This document shows positions 31,450-45,269 of a DNA stretch of 64,000 nucleotides, one piece after another. The position numbers and the translations under genes were made by a program. The stretch is taken from contig OZ037765.1 of NCBI GenBank assembly GCA_964035545.1, positions 16,740,995-16,804,994 of the forward strand, written 5' to 3'. Position 1 is the first letter of the stretch, and every line of letters starts with the position of its first letter. The DNA is from Bugula neritina (Eukaryota > Animalia > Bryozoa). Below the pieces are notes generated by a model that was not told the DNA's origin, ran no database searches, and saw only the letters and a list, made by a program, of their open reading frames with translations.

Positions 31450-31900
31450 GCCCGACGGCTTAGAGGGCAAATCGCTCTGGCCCAAAGGGTTAAAGGGCGT
31501 ATACATGTACTCTGCTGCTTTTTCTTGACTGCTTTTTTCTGGCTATTTCCTTTGTTCATCGATATTATCACTATGCAGGACGCATATTCGAGAGGCATGT
31601 AAAGCCATTCTAAAGCATTCTATTGCCAGGCTAAATGCTAAAGGTTAAATGCTTACCATGCAACCGAATAGCATTAGTTGCCTGGTGTTACTATTAGCAT
31701 CACTAATAGTAATACTAATAGTTAGACTTAATCATAATCATAATGTAATATTATATTATTATTATTAATAAAGCGGTGCTGACTTTTATTGGCCCACGAC
31801 TTTATAGTATTAGTTTTAGCTAGAAATATAATACAAATGGTGCGTTCGACCCGGTGCTGTAAAACTAAATCAAAATGAATGTCCGACTCAGTGCGACTAA
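31450..31900. promoter_or_regulatory. Probable divergent promoter between the uncharacterised (-) gene and the C8orf88-like (+) gene
   Basis: CpG-retaining patch; X-box-like CTTACCATGCAAC (31652-31664) and GTTGCC half-site (~31677); minus-strand donor CATG|GTAAGC at 31657. Confidence 0.4.
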
Positions 31901-32390
31901 AAGTGGTTGACTAATTCACTAAAACTAAAAGTAATACTAATACTATTACTAGTCTAATAGTAATATAAATATTGATTATCATCATTACCTGTAGTTTACC
32001 ACTGGCAATTAATTACCGTTTAAAACCAATGCTTAAACTTCTAAAACCATCATGATCATCATGATCGTTATCATTTTCATTTTGATTATCATTATGATTA
32101 TGTCTATGATGAACTAAAGTGAGCTAATAAAATTGCAAATGTACGTCATACTCGTAGAGATAGAGCCACACACTTACGGTCATAGTGATGCTCAAGGCAT
32201 CAACTGTAAGTCATGGTCACTTCATGGCTCATGGTAATAGGGTCATGCTCATACTGGAACAAAAAGATGTAATGTGAGCATGATAACAGATAATCATAAT
32301 GGTTGATTGCAGTATCTTTATGAGTATCAATATAAGTATTGCATATAGTTTGATTGACTCACTTAATCATGATGATAACTCACCTCGTAA
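31690..32390. repeat. Degenerate ATASTN/ATC-type low-complexity tract
   Basis: Runs such as actaatagtaatactaatag and catcatgatcatcatgatcgttatcattttcattttgattatcattatgattatg; boundaries approximate. Confidence 0.6.
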
Positions 32391-32529
32391 AAATTAAAAC
32401 ACTGCTAACACCTACAGGCAAAAAATTATGAGTGCCTCTTACGTTTTTGTTTGGGTCTATCATATGTTGAAATAAGTATATTCTAGCATGTAGCTAAGTT
32501 TTAATGTTTTAATTGCAATGTATAGGGTT

Positions 32530-33450
32530 TTAGCATATAGCTAGCTCTAAGCTGAGTTTGTATTGGGAGGTGGTATCCTCAAATCTCTAATGCTTTGAGG
32601 GGAAAGCTGTTGTGAAAGCTGTGAAGATGCAGAAATAGATGTTGGGTCTCCTCTCTTTGCAGATGGAATGCTTATTGAATGGTTTGAGTTTAATAGTTCA
32701 TTATTAGCAGATGAAAGCGTTTTATGGCGTTCTTCATTCAAGAGTATTCTCATTAACAAAGTTAATTTGTGGTCTCTTTGCCGACTCGAAAGAGTTTTAA
32801 GCTGTAATTCAGTGTGAGCATCACTGATGCCACATCTTCCTTTGAGGTTAGCAATGAACTTGATGGCTTGATTTTGAACATGTTTGATTTTCTCACAGGT
32901 GATTTTGTTAGTTGAGTCTCACCAATACTCATACTCAATGATAGGTATACATAGATTTAGGTATGCAATTAATTTTGCCTTCATGGGTGCATTGTAGATC
33001 GTATGCTTGATACAGCCAAGTATTTTGCTCACATTGTTGACTTTGGGTGTAATATGTCTGTCAAACTTCAGATCAGACTGCATTATTACACCAAGGTATT
33101 TGGCCTCTTCGACTGTTTTGAGAGTGGTGTCACCAAGTGTATATAGATGGAAGGTGTCGTTAGTTTTACCATTTGATCACTTTGCACTATCAATGTTGAA
33201 TGGCATTTTCCATTTAAGTGACCAGCTATAAAGTGAGTCTAGCTCTCTCTGAAAGGCTTGCTGTTGTGCTTCATTAAGCATATACAAGTGTGTTGTCGGC
33301 ATATAGGCGTAACTTTGCATGTAGCAGATTGAGGGAGATTAGGAAAAGTGTTGGCCTAAGAACTGACTCTTGAGGGACTCAGGTGTTACACCTAGTTTAG
33401 ATAATTCCATGCCTTTGATCACCACTAGTTGACTTCTGTCCGTCAAAATG
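32530..33450 (-). mobile_element. 5'-truncated, decayed CR1/L2-like LINE (RT C-terminal half)
   Basis: Minus-strand remnants VPQESVLRPTLFLI, KLRLYADNTLVY (YADD box), ELDSLYSWSLKWKMPFN, AKYLGVIMQSDLKFDRHI and a terminal PQSIRDLR, with frameshifts and stops. Confidence 0.85.
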
Positions 33451-33468
33451 TTCACTAAATTTAAATTT

Positions 33469-33601
33469 TGAGCAATAAGAAATACAAATGTGAAGTTTCT
33501 AAATAAGTAATAAACTATAAATATTATTAATATAGTATATTAATAATATTAATAGTTTATTACTTATTTAGAAACTTCACATTTGTGTTTCTTATTGCTC
33601 A
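33469..33601. repeat. AT-rich palindrome, 66-bp arms, 1-nt centre (33535), 2 mismatches
   Basis: The left arm tgagcaataagaaatacaaatgtg...attaatata is the reverse complement of the right arm tatattaat...cacatttgtgtttcttattgctca. Confidence 0.95.
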
Positions 33602-33602
33602 G

Positions 33603-33671
33603 AATATGAATTATAATTATATAGTAGTATATTATATTATAATATACTACTATATAATTATAATTCATATT
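33603..33671. repeat. Perfect AT-rich palindrome, 34-bp arms, 1-nt centre (33637)
   Basis: aatatgaattataattatatagtagtatattata-T-tataatatactactatataattataattcatatt. Confidence 0.95.
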
Positions 33672-34662
33672 TTTATTTAATAAATAATTTAAAATTCAAA
33701 TGAATATAGTAATAAATAATAATTTAAATGTTTGCTTATGGTCCAAATTAGTAGAACAAAAAGTTGCAGTTGTCAGCAAAATTAATATAAAAAAAGATTA
33801 CAGCATTAAATGATAAGCTGATTGTAGAAGTTCATATAAATTGATTATGGCAGGCAATAGCATGGTGAATTGAGTTAGGAATTCAAACAAATAGGTAACA
33901 CTAATTACATCAGTTAGAATAATAATCCATTTCATATCTGACAGTAAATTACAGAGAACAAATATTAGTTATTAGTATGAACTATAATAATTAAATGTTA
34001 TTATAAATATTGATAACATGAAAGGCTATTGGGTGAAGGAAGTGAGAAAACTTTTGAACATTATAAAACTTTGAAAAATGTCACATTACTTAGCAATTTT
34101 ACTATCTTATAAAACTTAAAATTATCTGACTTTCAATCTGTAGGGATAAACTTTAAACTGATATAAAGTTAAATCAACAAAAGTGTATCATAAATGCATT
34201 TTGTAAAGATGTTTGGTATTTTGTTTAGTAATTTTTATCAACCTACACCGTGGAGTATATTTTTATAGTGTGCAAAGTATTATGTTGCTTGAAAACAGCA
34301 AGTCTAAAACAATCTTAAGACTTAAAAATACCAAATTATTGCAGAAGACTATCAGTAGAAATATAGAAGTAACTAAATTCAATAAATAATTATTCAAAGA
34401 AATAATAGAAAAGCTAGTTTCATATTATTATATAAAACTTCTAAGGTATTTTTGTCGCTTTTAATATATACATGTATATAAACACAAGCACACACATGCA
34501 CATCCTCTAGTCAAAAGGCAACGTGATTAAACTAGCCTTGGGATCTTACTTGTAACATTAACTTTTAGTTTATAGTTTATGTACCTTTAGTAGTTTGTGT
34601 CTATACACCATTGAATCCTCTCCAACTATGTAATAGTAATTCATATTTCAGTTAGCTAGAAG

Positions 34663-37600
34663 ATGAGTGGTGGGTTGGGTCGAGGGCGGGCTGCTCAGTT
34701 ACAACGCTCCATAAGTTCACCTGCTGCTGTACCAGGTGGTTTACAGTCCAATGAAGTAACATCTACTCGGCGACCAAACAAACCAAGACCTTTAAGCTTT
34801 AAACCAGCTCGTCCTCTTAAACAGGACAAACATAATCCATTTTCTGCACCCATCATCGATGGTAATGCTATTGGTGAACCAGGTAAGTTATGCAATATAA
34901 AATGCTGAAATCACTATCCCTAACCTCTTCTTGTAATAATAGTCAAATTGCAACTGCCCCAGTTATTTTGCTGGAATATGTTAAAAAGTTGTAAAGTTAG
35001 AGTTTGCCATAAAGTCTTTGGTAGTGTTTCAACAGCTTTCAGCCTTTTTCAAAATATCGTGAGGTAAACCTCAGGCATAAGTATATTTTATCTGAATTGG
35101 TTTTGCCAACAACTATTGAATTAATGGTTTTCTGATGAATTTTTTTTAATGCAGGTTAATTAGAGTGAAAATAAACTGCATTATATATGTAATAGTAGTG
35201 TTGTTTATCAGGACAGGAATAAGTTTATATTTTTAAACTGTACATTTTGTTAAAATTTGGCTAGCTCATAAAAAGAATTGCTCGTACAATAAAAGCCTAT
35301 GTTAATGAAGGATGCTGGTTTGTACATAAATATATTTTAGAACACAATTTTTTGTTGAGCAATCATAGAAGGTCTATTCTATAACTTGTAACTCATTAAA
35401 TCACTGGGTTTGAACTATCTAGCTTTAAAATTTTTGCTCCTAAATTAATTTATTTTTCTAACATTGTATAATGTTTGTAGAGCTTAAAAAAGTGAATGGT
35501 ACATTCTCAACTAGGTAAGTCAATATCATTAGGTTACGAGATTTAGTCATTATCTTATACTATTTGGAATGGCTACTCATTTGAGTTAGATGAAATGAAA
35601 GCTCCACTTCTGTGGTCTTCTTGTGCATTTGCAACTCCAAATAAACCAGCATTTCACCTTACATGTGTTGTTATTAGCTTATGATTTTTCATTCTAATCG
35701 CTCTACATCAATTATTATTTAATTTAGTGTGGTGCTGTAAGTTTTTGTATTGATTTCAAAATTTTATTAAATGGATTGGATTTGAAATGATATACATATG
35801 TATGCATAAGTGTAGACTTAGCAATTTGTAAAATTAAAATAGTTATTATAATTTATTCTACACCTTTCATAACCTTAGCTTAGAGAGAGATATGACTTCA
35901 AGATGGCGAGTGATGATAATTTGTAACTACCGATTAAGTTTTATGACAAAGAATCCATTTCATTATCTTATCAGGAACTTTCAATGGTTAATTTTCTTAC
36001 TTTCCATATAATTTATATATTTCAGCTGTGATCAGTTAAAGGTAGACATGTTTCATTACATAAATCTGGCATAATTTGTCAACTATTATATAAATATTTT
36101 GTCCATAAAAATGTTCATATTGTTTGATCTTTGTTTTTTGTTCTATTTTCCTGACAAGCATGTATGCTACTTTATGCTTACCTATGCTGAAAAATGTATA
36201 TATTATAGGAATGGAAATTTCGATCACTTATGCTAAATAAACAAAAAGCTTGGTGTTATAGAGTAGCATACAGCCCTTGTTCCTGTACACATGTGTGCAT
36301 ATAATGCATTGGTATTGGGATTAGCTAACCTGAGCTCCTCTAATAAATATAAGACTAATTTATGATCTTGAGCATGGGGATCTAGGGTAGGCAAATACTC
36401 TTAGCATGCTCTATCTGTCTGTTATAGTATTGTAGGCGTTAAATAAAAAGTAATATAATCAAATAAGTAACATTGTTTTGTAATCATCTAGAAACATTTT
36501 TTCATGTTTGAGCTCAAATAGTTGTGCCTCTTTTTCATTTTCCGATATCTGTGAACTAGTTCACATAAGTTTGTTAATTTTCTAGTTTTGCATTTTTATT
36601 GGGTAAAACACTTATAAAGTTTAACATTTGTTTGTTTATTTCTGTGAAAACCCCTTTCCTATTTGCTATTCACTACTAAACCCCCTCCCCCAGTATTAAT
36701 TTACATTTGGTCAAAATGAAACTCAGCTGACTGAAAGTTGAAAATGATGCAAAGGAGAAACTTATTGATTATAAGTAACTATAAGTGCCAATGTGTTGGA
36801 AAAGTGTAGAAATGTAAATTGTAAATAGTAAAAATTGTACATTAGTCTCAATATGAAAAATGATTACATAGTGACATTAGCTTTCATTAATTTGATTGTT
36901 TTTATAGAATAATTGCTTAACCAAATCAATTAGCCAAGTTAATTTTTTAGAAACTTTGTTTGAAAGCAAATTTTATTTAAAATTTTATAGAGTAACTCGT
37001 TTGAAGTACGGAACACACTGGACAGTGCAGGGCTTTCTGTAGAAACACAGGAATTTCCATCTGAATCCCCAATCTGTGGACTTGTAGGGGTTAACCAATC
37101 ATTGAACTTGCTTAGCATATCACATAGTTTGAGAGAGCATAAAACTGAGACTTCCCAGCCTCTCCTCTCTCCACCTGGCCATGAAACTGGTGATCACGCT
37201 GGTTCCATCGCTCATTATGCTATATCTCACCATCACGGTTCTACTCTCTCAACACAGAGTTCTGCAATTTCTCCAGATGTGCAGTCTGATGACAGTTGTA
37301 ATGGACCAGTTTTCCTAGATGCTGTCAATCAGGATAATAACAACATTTGCAAACGCTCTTCTGATCAAACACAAACTCCTGGAAGAGACAAATTATCGTC
37401 TACTGATTTGAATTTGAGAAATCAGTCTACATCAAAAGTAATGTCATCAAATGAAAATAACTATTTCTTTGAGTCTTTGTGGACTGGTCGTCGTGCAAGT
37501 CCAAACAAGCATCTGTTAGATCGAAGCTGTAGAAAACAGGAATTTTTCAAGCAAAGGTTTAACAGTGACCAAGAAAGAGCAAGCTATACAGACAACTGGC

Positions 37601-38757
37601 GCCAACAGCCATCTTCTCAGCTTTTAAAATGTATGTTGTTGTGATATACCACTTTAGATCCACCTTTTGGCACAGTATGGGTAACTGGAGCATAGTATCA
37701 TTAGGGTGATCAGAAATCCCTTTTTAATTGTAAACATTAATGTTATGTTATTTTTTTTATTCATAAAATGGGGAAAAGTCTTAATCAATTGCTTGGTTAA
37801 CGGAGATCAATTTGCCAACATCAACTCGGATTTTTATTTGGGATAGCAAATATCTTTTGCAGTATGCTATTGAGCCATGTAAAATTTAATCTTTGAAAAT
37901 TATGTTTAGCATACTATAGTATTATATACAAAATAGGTTAATGTGGATTTTACAGGCTAATTATTGAAATGGTGATTGAATTGAATAGATTGAAGTATAT
38001 TTTAATTAATTAGTTTTGAAAGGTTTAACAAAGCTATGTGAATATATTTTATCTAACAACTATTTCAATTTCACAACATGGAATTCTTTTCTAGCTCTGC
38101 TAGTTGTTATAAAATAAGCTAAACGTAGGAATAAGCAATACTATGTGATAGAATAGGTAATGTGATTACCACTTTGTCTATGTTATGCTGCATATATGCA
38201 GTGCTAAAAGCAAAAACGCTGGTCAATAATAAAATAATTTTCAATTACAGCAATTGAACCTCTGTACTCTCGTGAGGATCTATTGATTCTTTCCAAATGC
38301 CAGACAAGCCAAGAGTATCCTGGGCGTATTATTTGTCAGCCAGTTGATCCTGATGTGCAAAAAGAGGTTTTAATTTATGATTGTTCCTTCAAAAAGGTAA
38401 GGGCCAAAGCATTGAAATTTTATTAGTTTAAGCATTACATGAAATGAAATTCGAACTGCCATGCAACAAAAACTAGTTAGGCACAAAATAAAGATGAGTT
38501 TGTTGGTAATGAAAATGAAAAATAGCTCCAGCTTTAGTGTGCTGAATGTATTTATTAGCCCAATGTTGGCCCACTTCTCCATCATGGTAGCCCATTTCAA
38601 ATTCATGACATTAGTTTTTGCTAAATGATAATTTCACCAAAATAGGAAAATCAATATTCACCATGCGTAATTTACAAGTTATGCAGGCTATTTTTAGGGT
38701 GGTAAATTCAAGGTTGAAAACTTCAGCTGTGGAGATCCCTCTGCTTTTCTTGGTTAG
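34663..38757 (+). CDS. C8orf88-like disordered protein with a candidate canonical eIF4E-binding motif
   Basis: Exons 34663-34882, 35481-35514, (an uncertain micro-exon near 35879-35909 is needed to fix phase), 36991-37630, 38251-38396, 38698-38757 (TAG). N-terminal PLSFKPARPLK and C-terminal YSREDLLILSK resemble my recollection of C8orf88 (KPLQPARP...YSRDFLLKLS). Confidence 0.6.
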
Positions 38758-38942
38758 ACAATACAGATACCTGTACAATATTTATGGAGGATGTCGTATA
38801 TTTGTTTATTTTTCATTCAGCTTACAATACTTCATGTCAAAAAATATGTTTGCATTTAATATAAAATATTTTTGATTCAAATAGAACATTATATTTATAC
38901 TTGAAAGTATTTACAGTAAATAAACATATACAAAATTGTGTT

Positions 38943-41900
38943 TTAAAGTTTGAACAGATCTCCGGCTGAAGGCAGTGGGGCGAGACCAGCATCTTTGTCT
39001 GGCAGCATTGAAAAATCAGGTAGACTTTTGATGTGGTGTTCCAGCTCAGTTCTGGCAGCAGCAACATCTTGTAATTTCTGTTTGTATTCCTATCAAAAAC
39101 ATGCAAATGTTTATTGCCATAAAATATAAACACAAAATGATTTTGATTATAGAAAGTTGAATAACCATCTGTTGATGCAAACCTTACCTACAACAATTTT
39201 ATGAGGTCTCCTAAAAGATATGAACTGGTAGCAGGGTACACAGGCTAAGCAAAGTTTTATGCTCACATAAATTAGGCTACTGATAAAATCTAATTCCACC
39301 TCTCACTAGCATGTCCTGATCAGAGGGTGGATACTTGTAATATATTTAGTCATAAATTTGAAGCATATATGCTTTAATAACTTATGACAGCTTAGATTGG
39401 ACACTATCGACATACAAGAGTCATCAGCCCTTGTATTTGTTAATGGAGCCTCTAATAAACAGCAATGAATGCTTATTAGTTTACTAGCATTAATATGTGG
39501 GCACTTACATATAAAACTGTTACATACATTAAACGTTATGTGTTTATTGCCATCACCAAGCCTCACTTCAAGTTTTGGAATTGAGAAGCTAATACATTCA
39601 GCAAAGAAACGTGGAATGTCAACTTTCACAAAATTTCCAAAATTTTGATAGATAACTTTCATGCAGAGCTAAGTTCAGTGACATGTACCTATACTATCAG
39701 AACTTCATTACACAGAAGTTGTATTAACCCTTTTAAAATTGATAAACCTGAACTTTAAAATTGACACTAGTATCTTTTAATCTGGGAAAAACAAAGCCAT
39801 GGTTAACTAAATCCAACTATACCTGTGCACATAGTCAAAGACTGGGTTATATTACCTTGCAGTAAGCTAGAAAACAGATAAATTGTGAAGAGCAATAACT
39901 GGGAACTGTTGATGATTGGCAAAATCAGAGAGTTTGAGCTTATGCTTACCTTTAAGCGCTCCTCAGACTCTGCTAGCTTCTCCCGTTGAGAGTTCACAAA
40001 TGGTGCCAGAGACCTGAACAGCTTTTTCCTGTCGTTTAACTCCTGAGCCAACCTTTCATTATAATCATTCAGCATTTTACTGGCATCTTCGACTGAGGTA
40101 GCCAACCTTTCTGCCTCTGCTTTGTCTACACAGCAGAATATTCATTAAGATTTGTTAATGATTAGATGGTCTGCACATTGACAAAAGACGCTCTAATGGT
40201 TTTGCATATGTACAATTGTTGAAATTTTAACATAAAATAAATATCTACCTACTCAATTATATATAAATTTGCTTTCTATGACACACAATAAAATTTTCTG
40301 CAAGAAATTGTGTGTGTGATAAAGAAGTTTTTAAAGCTTATGAGGCAAACTTTTTGAGCAACACATCACATAAAATGTATGCTCTCGGGAAACCAGGTCA
40401 TATTATTTAAAAGATGTCATTATAATAACTTTGGGGTTTGGATATATATTAGCACTGCACAACTATACGGCATAACTTCAAACCTGATGAATAAGTAGTT
40501 TTTAAACCTAGAAATTACTGCACTTTCACACACAACAAATTCCAGATATAGACATAAACTATAGTAGTCTACTACCCCACCACCACCAACTATTGTGAGC
40601 GATTTCACCGATACGAAAAGCCTTTTTTAGATTTCTTTTCATTGTAAAATCTTTCTAGATGGCATCATCCTACATTGTCATGGCACTATGAGATTTTTAT
40701 GCAAGAACTCGAGACCAACTACCTTTAATCTTTTTTAAAGCTGATGCATCTGAAACAGTCTGTGGAAGTCCTGCAATTTTCTGTCGTATTTCAGCATCAC
40801 TTGAAGCTGACTCTATTAGACTAGTGATTAGTTTGACCATATCATCTGACTACAATATTAATAAGACATGTGGACTTGATATTCTCTAACACTTAATGGC
40901 ACTAAATCTTTCGCTTAACACTGATGTTGCTACACAAACAAAATACCAAAGTACCATTTAGGTGTCAATTTGAACAAAAATTAAAGCACTAACTTCTCTC
41001 GCCAACTTCATAGCAACTCAAGAACAGGAAACAAATTGTGAGAAAGATTATTGCAAAGAAAATATACAATATATTCATCATTTATAAAAGTATTGATTAT
41101 AGCGGAAGGGGTTGTGCAATGCAAATTTCATTTAAAAGAGCAGAGTGCAACCGTCAAATGCAAGATTTACAAACTAAATTTAAAAATGTTGACACTAACA
41201 TCAGGAACTTCATCAGAATTTTCATCCGGAGAATCTTTAGCAAGCTGCTCTTGTAATGCCAGCTTCACATCTTCAATTCTCTTTTTCTTACTCACAGGAA
41301 CTGCACCTCCTGCGAAATTAGACTCCACAAGTTTCAGTAAATAAATATCTCCTTCTTATATTTGTTTAATATGACTATAGCATGCTTAGCACCTCTAATA
41401 AAACCAGTTGTGAAAATTTTTTATGCGAAAATGTCTGAGGACTTATGAAAATTGTTTAAACAAGTTGTTTTGAACCTTACCTACTAATTGCGCAAAAACT
41501 TTAAAAATACAAAGGTTACAATGATTCACTAGCTATACGCATTTTAGGTGTTACATACTGCTATAAGCATATGCACCAACAAAGGATTTTATTTTCATCA
41601 TACATCCAAGTAAATTTTGTGGTAAAATATGTTTAATATTTGCAAGTGTTAAAATATAGACTTCAATTTGACAAAAATAAAACAGAACTAACATTTAATC
41701 TTAACACTAATTACTCATTCCAAAGGCCCTTTCGTACATGAACTGGCATACCTATAACTTGTCTGAGACTGCTTAGTATGTTTGAGTCAAATATTTTGCG
41801 CTCCTCCCAAATGCCAACAATTCTCATCAACTTTTGAATAGTTTGTTCATCTGTTTCACTAAAACATGTCACACAGAGTAGCAACATGCACACGTGCATC

Positions 41901-43433
41901 AAACTTTAATCTTCTCATCTAAATGTAATCAACTTGCAGATTAAAAGATGTATTTCACTTTATACTGTTTCAACAATCAAATTATCGTTAAGATTTTTTT
42001 CACCACCATCTGCACTTAGCTGTGAGCACTATAGCAAAAGTTTGTGATATTTTAACACTTATGACTATAGCCAAAAAATCAGTATGATTTAATATATACA
42101 ACAAATATATAAATAAATAAATATTATAGTCAGATTAAAGTCACAGCAAGTCTATTCAGACCAATGACAAATCAATCCAAACCATGGTTCAAACAAATAG
42201 TTAAGTTCAAATCAAGTATTGACGTGAATTGACTCGAGTTAATTTCAACCGGCTTGCAAGCACTTGATCAGGGTGGTATATATAATGTATCCTTAAAAAT
42301 ATTACCCAAAATCAATTGAAACTGCGAATTTTTAGTGTCTTAAATAGAACAAAATTGGACAAAATTATACAATAAAACAGATAAAATTGTTACTCCAAAT
42401 GGCAAAGTTAAAAAAGAGAATGATTCATGCTTAGTCCTGTTCATGCTTCATAACTAGATAATTTTACAATTCATTACACTTTTTATAAGGAGAATGCTAG
42501 ATGCAAATAGCTAGAATGACATATATATGGAAAAGTCTTACAGCTGAGGAGTAACATGTGATACTACATTTCTCATAATAAATAACTATTATCATTGCAT
42601 GAATATCAAATATGAATATGCTCACATAGCTGTATGCTTGAATGCATCTGGTAAGACTTCACCAAATTTATTAGATAGTGTAGAGCCACCTTTCTTTCTC
42701 CCATTCTGGAGCACATCATTTGCAAGATATATAAATGTCAGTTTTCTTTGGCGACTAGCTAAAACATTGGGAGCATATAATTTGGTGACATAAAAAAAAT
42801 GAAGCTTCTGTAGTTGATTTGCATTTAAGCGAGATTGCTGACTGTGATTGTTGAAATGAAAGAAAATATTGATAATATATCTAGGTATATAATTTAGACT
42901 ACACATGATAGAATTATCAATTGCAGTTTTAAACTACTATTTTACTTCACTTGTTACTAGATTTAAATCTGTCAGTTAAATTAAAACCAACAAACATGAT
43001 TAGTACACCATTTATTTCTTTACAAGCAATAAAGCATCAAATGGCTGATATACATTCATTTACCAGGTTTAGCCCTTTGAATGATTTTTCAAAACAATCA
43101 AACATTACCTTTTTACAATATTCATGTAAATATTTTTGAAACATTCTTTTTCAAGTCAATTAAAAAGTTCATAGGTATTACACTCATGCAGTTTCCAAAT
43201 AATTTCATATGTAATGTTTATCTATAGCTTATGAATAGACATTAAGTATTGTAGTTTGCAAAAATTGCAAAAACTGAACTCTCACCTTTGCGAAGTTCCG
43301 TGTTCCAAATAGTCACGTAAGTATCTACATGCTTTCTGTGGTGAATTAGCCAAAGAGACAAAGTTTGAATGCTTTGTTGAGTGGAGTTCAACTCTGCAAG
43401 TTTCCCCCTGAAACTTTGGTCTGTAAATGCCAT
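38943..43433 (-). CDS. RPRD1B: Regulation of nuclear pre-mRNA domain-containing protein 1A/1B (CID domain plus coiled coil)
   Basis: Exons (-): 43433-43286, 42758-42626, 41858-41752, 41309-41200, 40849-40723, 40125-39950, 39089-38943 (TAA). Motifs TQQSIQTLSLWLIHHRKH, KLTFIYLANDVLQN, IWEERKIF, LAPLPSAGDLF. Probably the single pre-duplication RPRD1A/B orthologue. Confidence 0.95.
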
Positions 43434-43969
43434 GGGACTTGGTTTATAAATTGCTTCTTTAATAGAAATAAAAACCCATCAACACAACAGTTCACCAGAA
43501 GTAATATTAATAGCAAGTTACTGTGAGTGAAATTATGATGATACTTTTTGACCATTGACAGCTAAATTGGCGAGTTTAATCAGGTTGAAGTTATTTCTTA
43601 CTTAAACAGCAACTTTAACTCATTTTAATTTTAAGAATTTTGTTAAAAGTTCTGCAATTTAAAAAGAAAATTAATTATGGCAGTTTAAAATCCCTGAACA
43701 TTTTTTACTTTATTGAAATTATATATAATATATGTATAATATATACAGCTATAGTTATAGTAACTACTTATGAACATCAATCATCAATTGTACAAAAAAA
43801 TAAATAATTAAAACTTTGAGTTTGACAGTTCACAGTTAATACAACGGATGTGGTCATACAGAAAATGCTCATATTATCTATTGAATGCAAAATAAAGTTG
43901 ACAATTTGTAATACAAATTTATTTAGTTTAACAGTTGACTTGATTTAATGTTGAAATATCAAATTAAAG

Positions 43970-45240
43970 TCTAACACTAATAGTAATAGGCAAGAGTAAT
44001 TATGATATGATTTTCTTTATACTCAATAATTTAAATTTATAATTTTTGACAGCTCTAATAATTATATAAGTGTAAGTAATTATAAATTTTTATCGTAATT
44101 GCAATATAAATACTATACATGTTCTTATTAATATATGATCAAAACTAGTATATTATTCATATTAATAATAAATATATATCAATATGATCACTTGATGGTA
44201 GATTAGCAAAAATAATAATCAAAACTGTTAATCATTGTATTTATTACAACTATGATTAGCAATGTCATACCAATGTGAATGTGAACCTGAGTAATAATTC
44301 CAATGGAGTCATGGAAAAAAACATTCTTATTCTGATAGTTATATAGTAAATAATTGATATTCATAATGATACTAATACACTTTACAGTAATACTGCAATA
44401 CAATAATACTAATAGTGAGACGTGAGTAATACCCACACACCTAGTGGCTACTCAATCTCATAATGATACTGACAGTGATACTTTTACTTTATAGTTTATA
44501 GTGATAGTCATAGTTGAAGTTTAGCTTTTTTGAAATTGCTGGTAAAATCTAAAAATTCAAAACACTGATGGTGAAAGTGGATATTAAATTTAATAAATAA
44601 TGACATTGATAATTATACTTATCATTATCAGTATGAGTATCACTATCACTATTGGTCTTTCATGGCAAATTCATTGTTATGCTTATACTTATAGTAGCAA
44701 CTAGTAATATTATGGCTATGAGTATCATAATTCATTACCATTATGATTACCATATTCAGTCAAACTCATAGTCATACTGAATTTGATTATGATAGTAAAT
44801 TAAAATAACTATTACTAATACTAATAGTAATACTATAACTGTATAAGTGTAATGTTATACTATTAGTATTAGTATAACACCAACTGATAGTGTTAGTAAC
44901 TTTTAGTATTAGTATTACTATTACTATTAGTAAATTTTAGTTACTGTTAGTAATTACTATTAGTATTAGTAATACTAATTACTCAGTAATACTAACCGCA
45001 ACGCTGATGGTGATACTCGTACTCATAGTGATAGTCTACGACTACTGAGTACTGAGTCTGATAGTTAATCTTATACTAATGTAATACTAATAGTAATAGT
45101 AATAGTAATACTATAGTAATAGTTATACTTATAGTGAGTATGATACCCATACCTATAGTGATACTGATAGTCTGATAGTAGCAATCAGTATCACAATAGC
45201 CGTCACTATGAGTTTGGGTGTGATTATCATGGTGTATTAT
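43970..45240. repeat. Degenerate (ATASTN)n hexamer tract on the RPRD1 side of the divergent promoter
   Basis: Blocks in both orientations, e.g. atactgacagtgatact, agtatgagtatcactatcact, atagtgatactgatagtc; interrupted, boundaries approximate. Confidence 0.75.
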
Positions 45241-45269
45241 CGAAATGAAAAATGTTAAATTAACATGTA

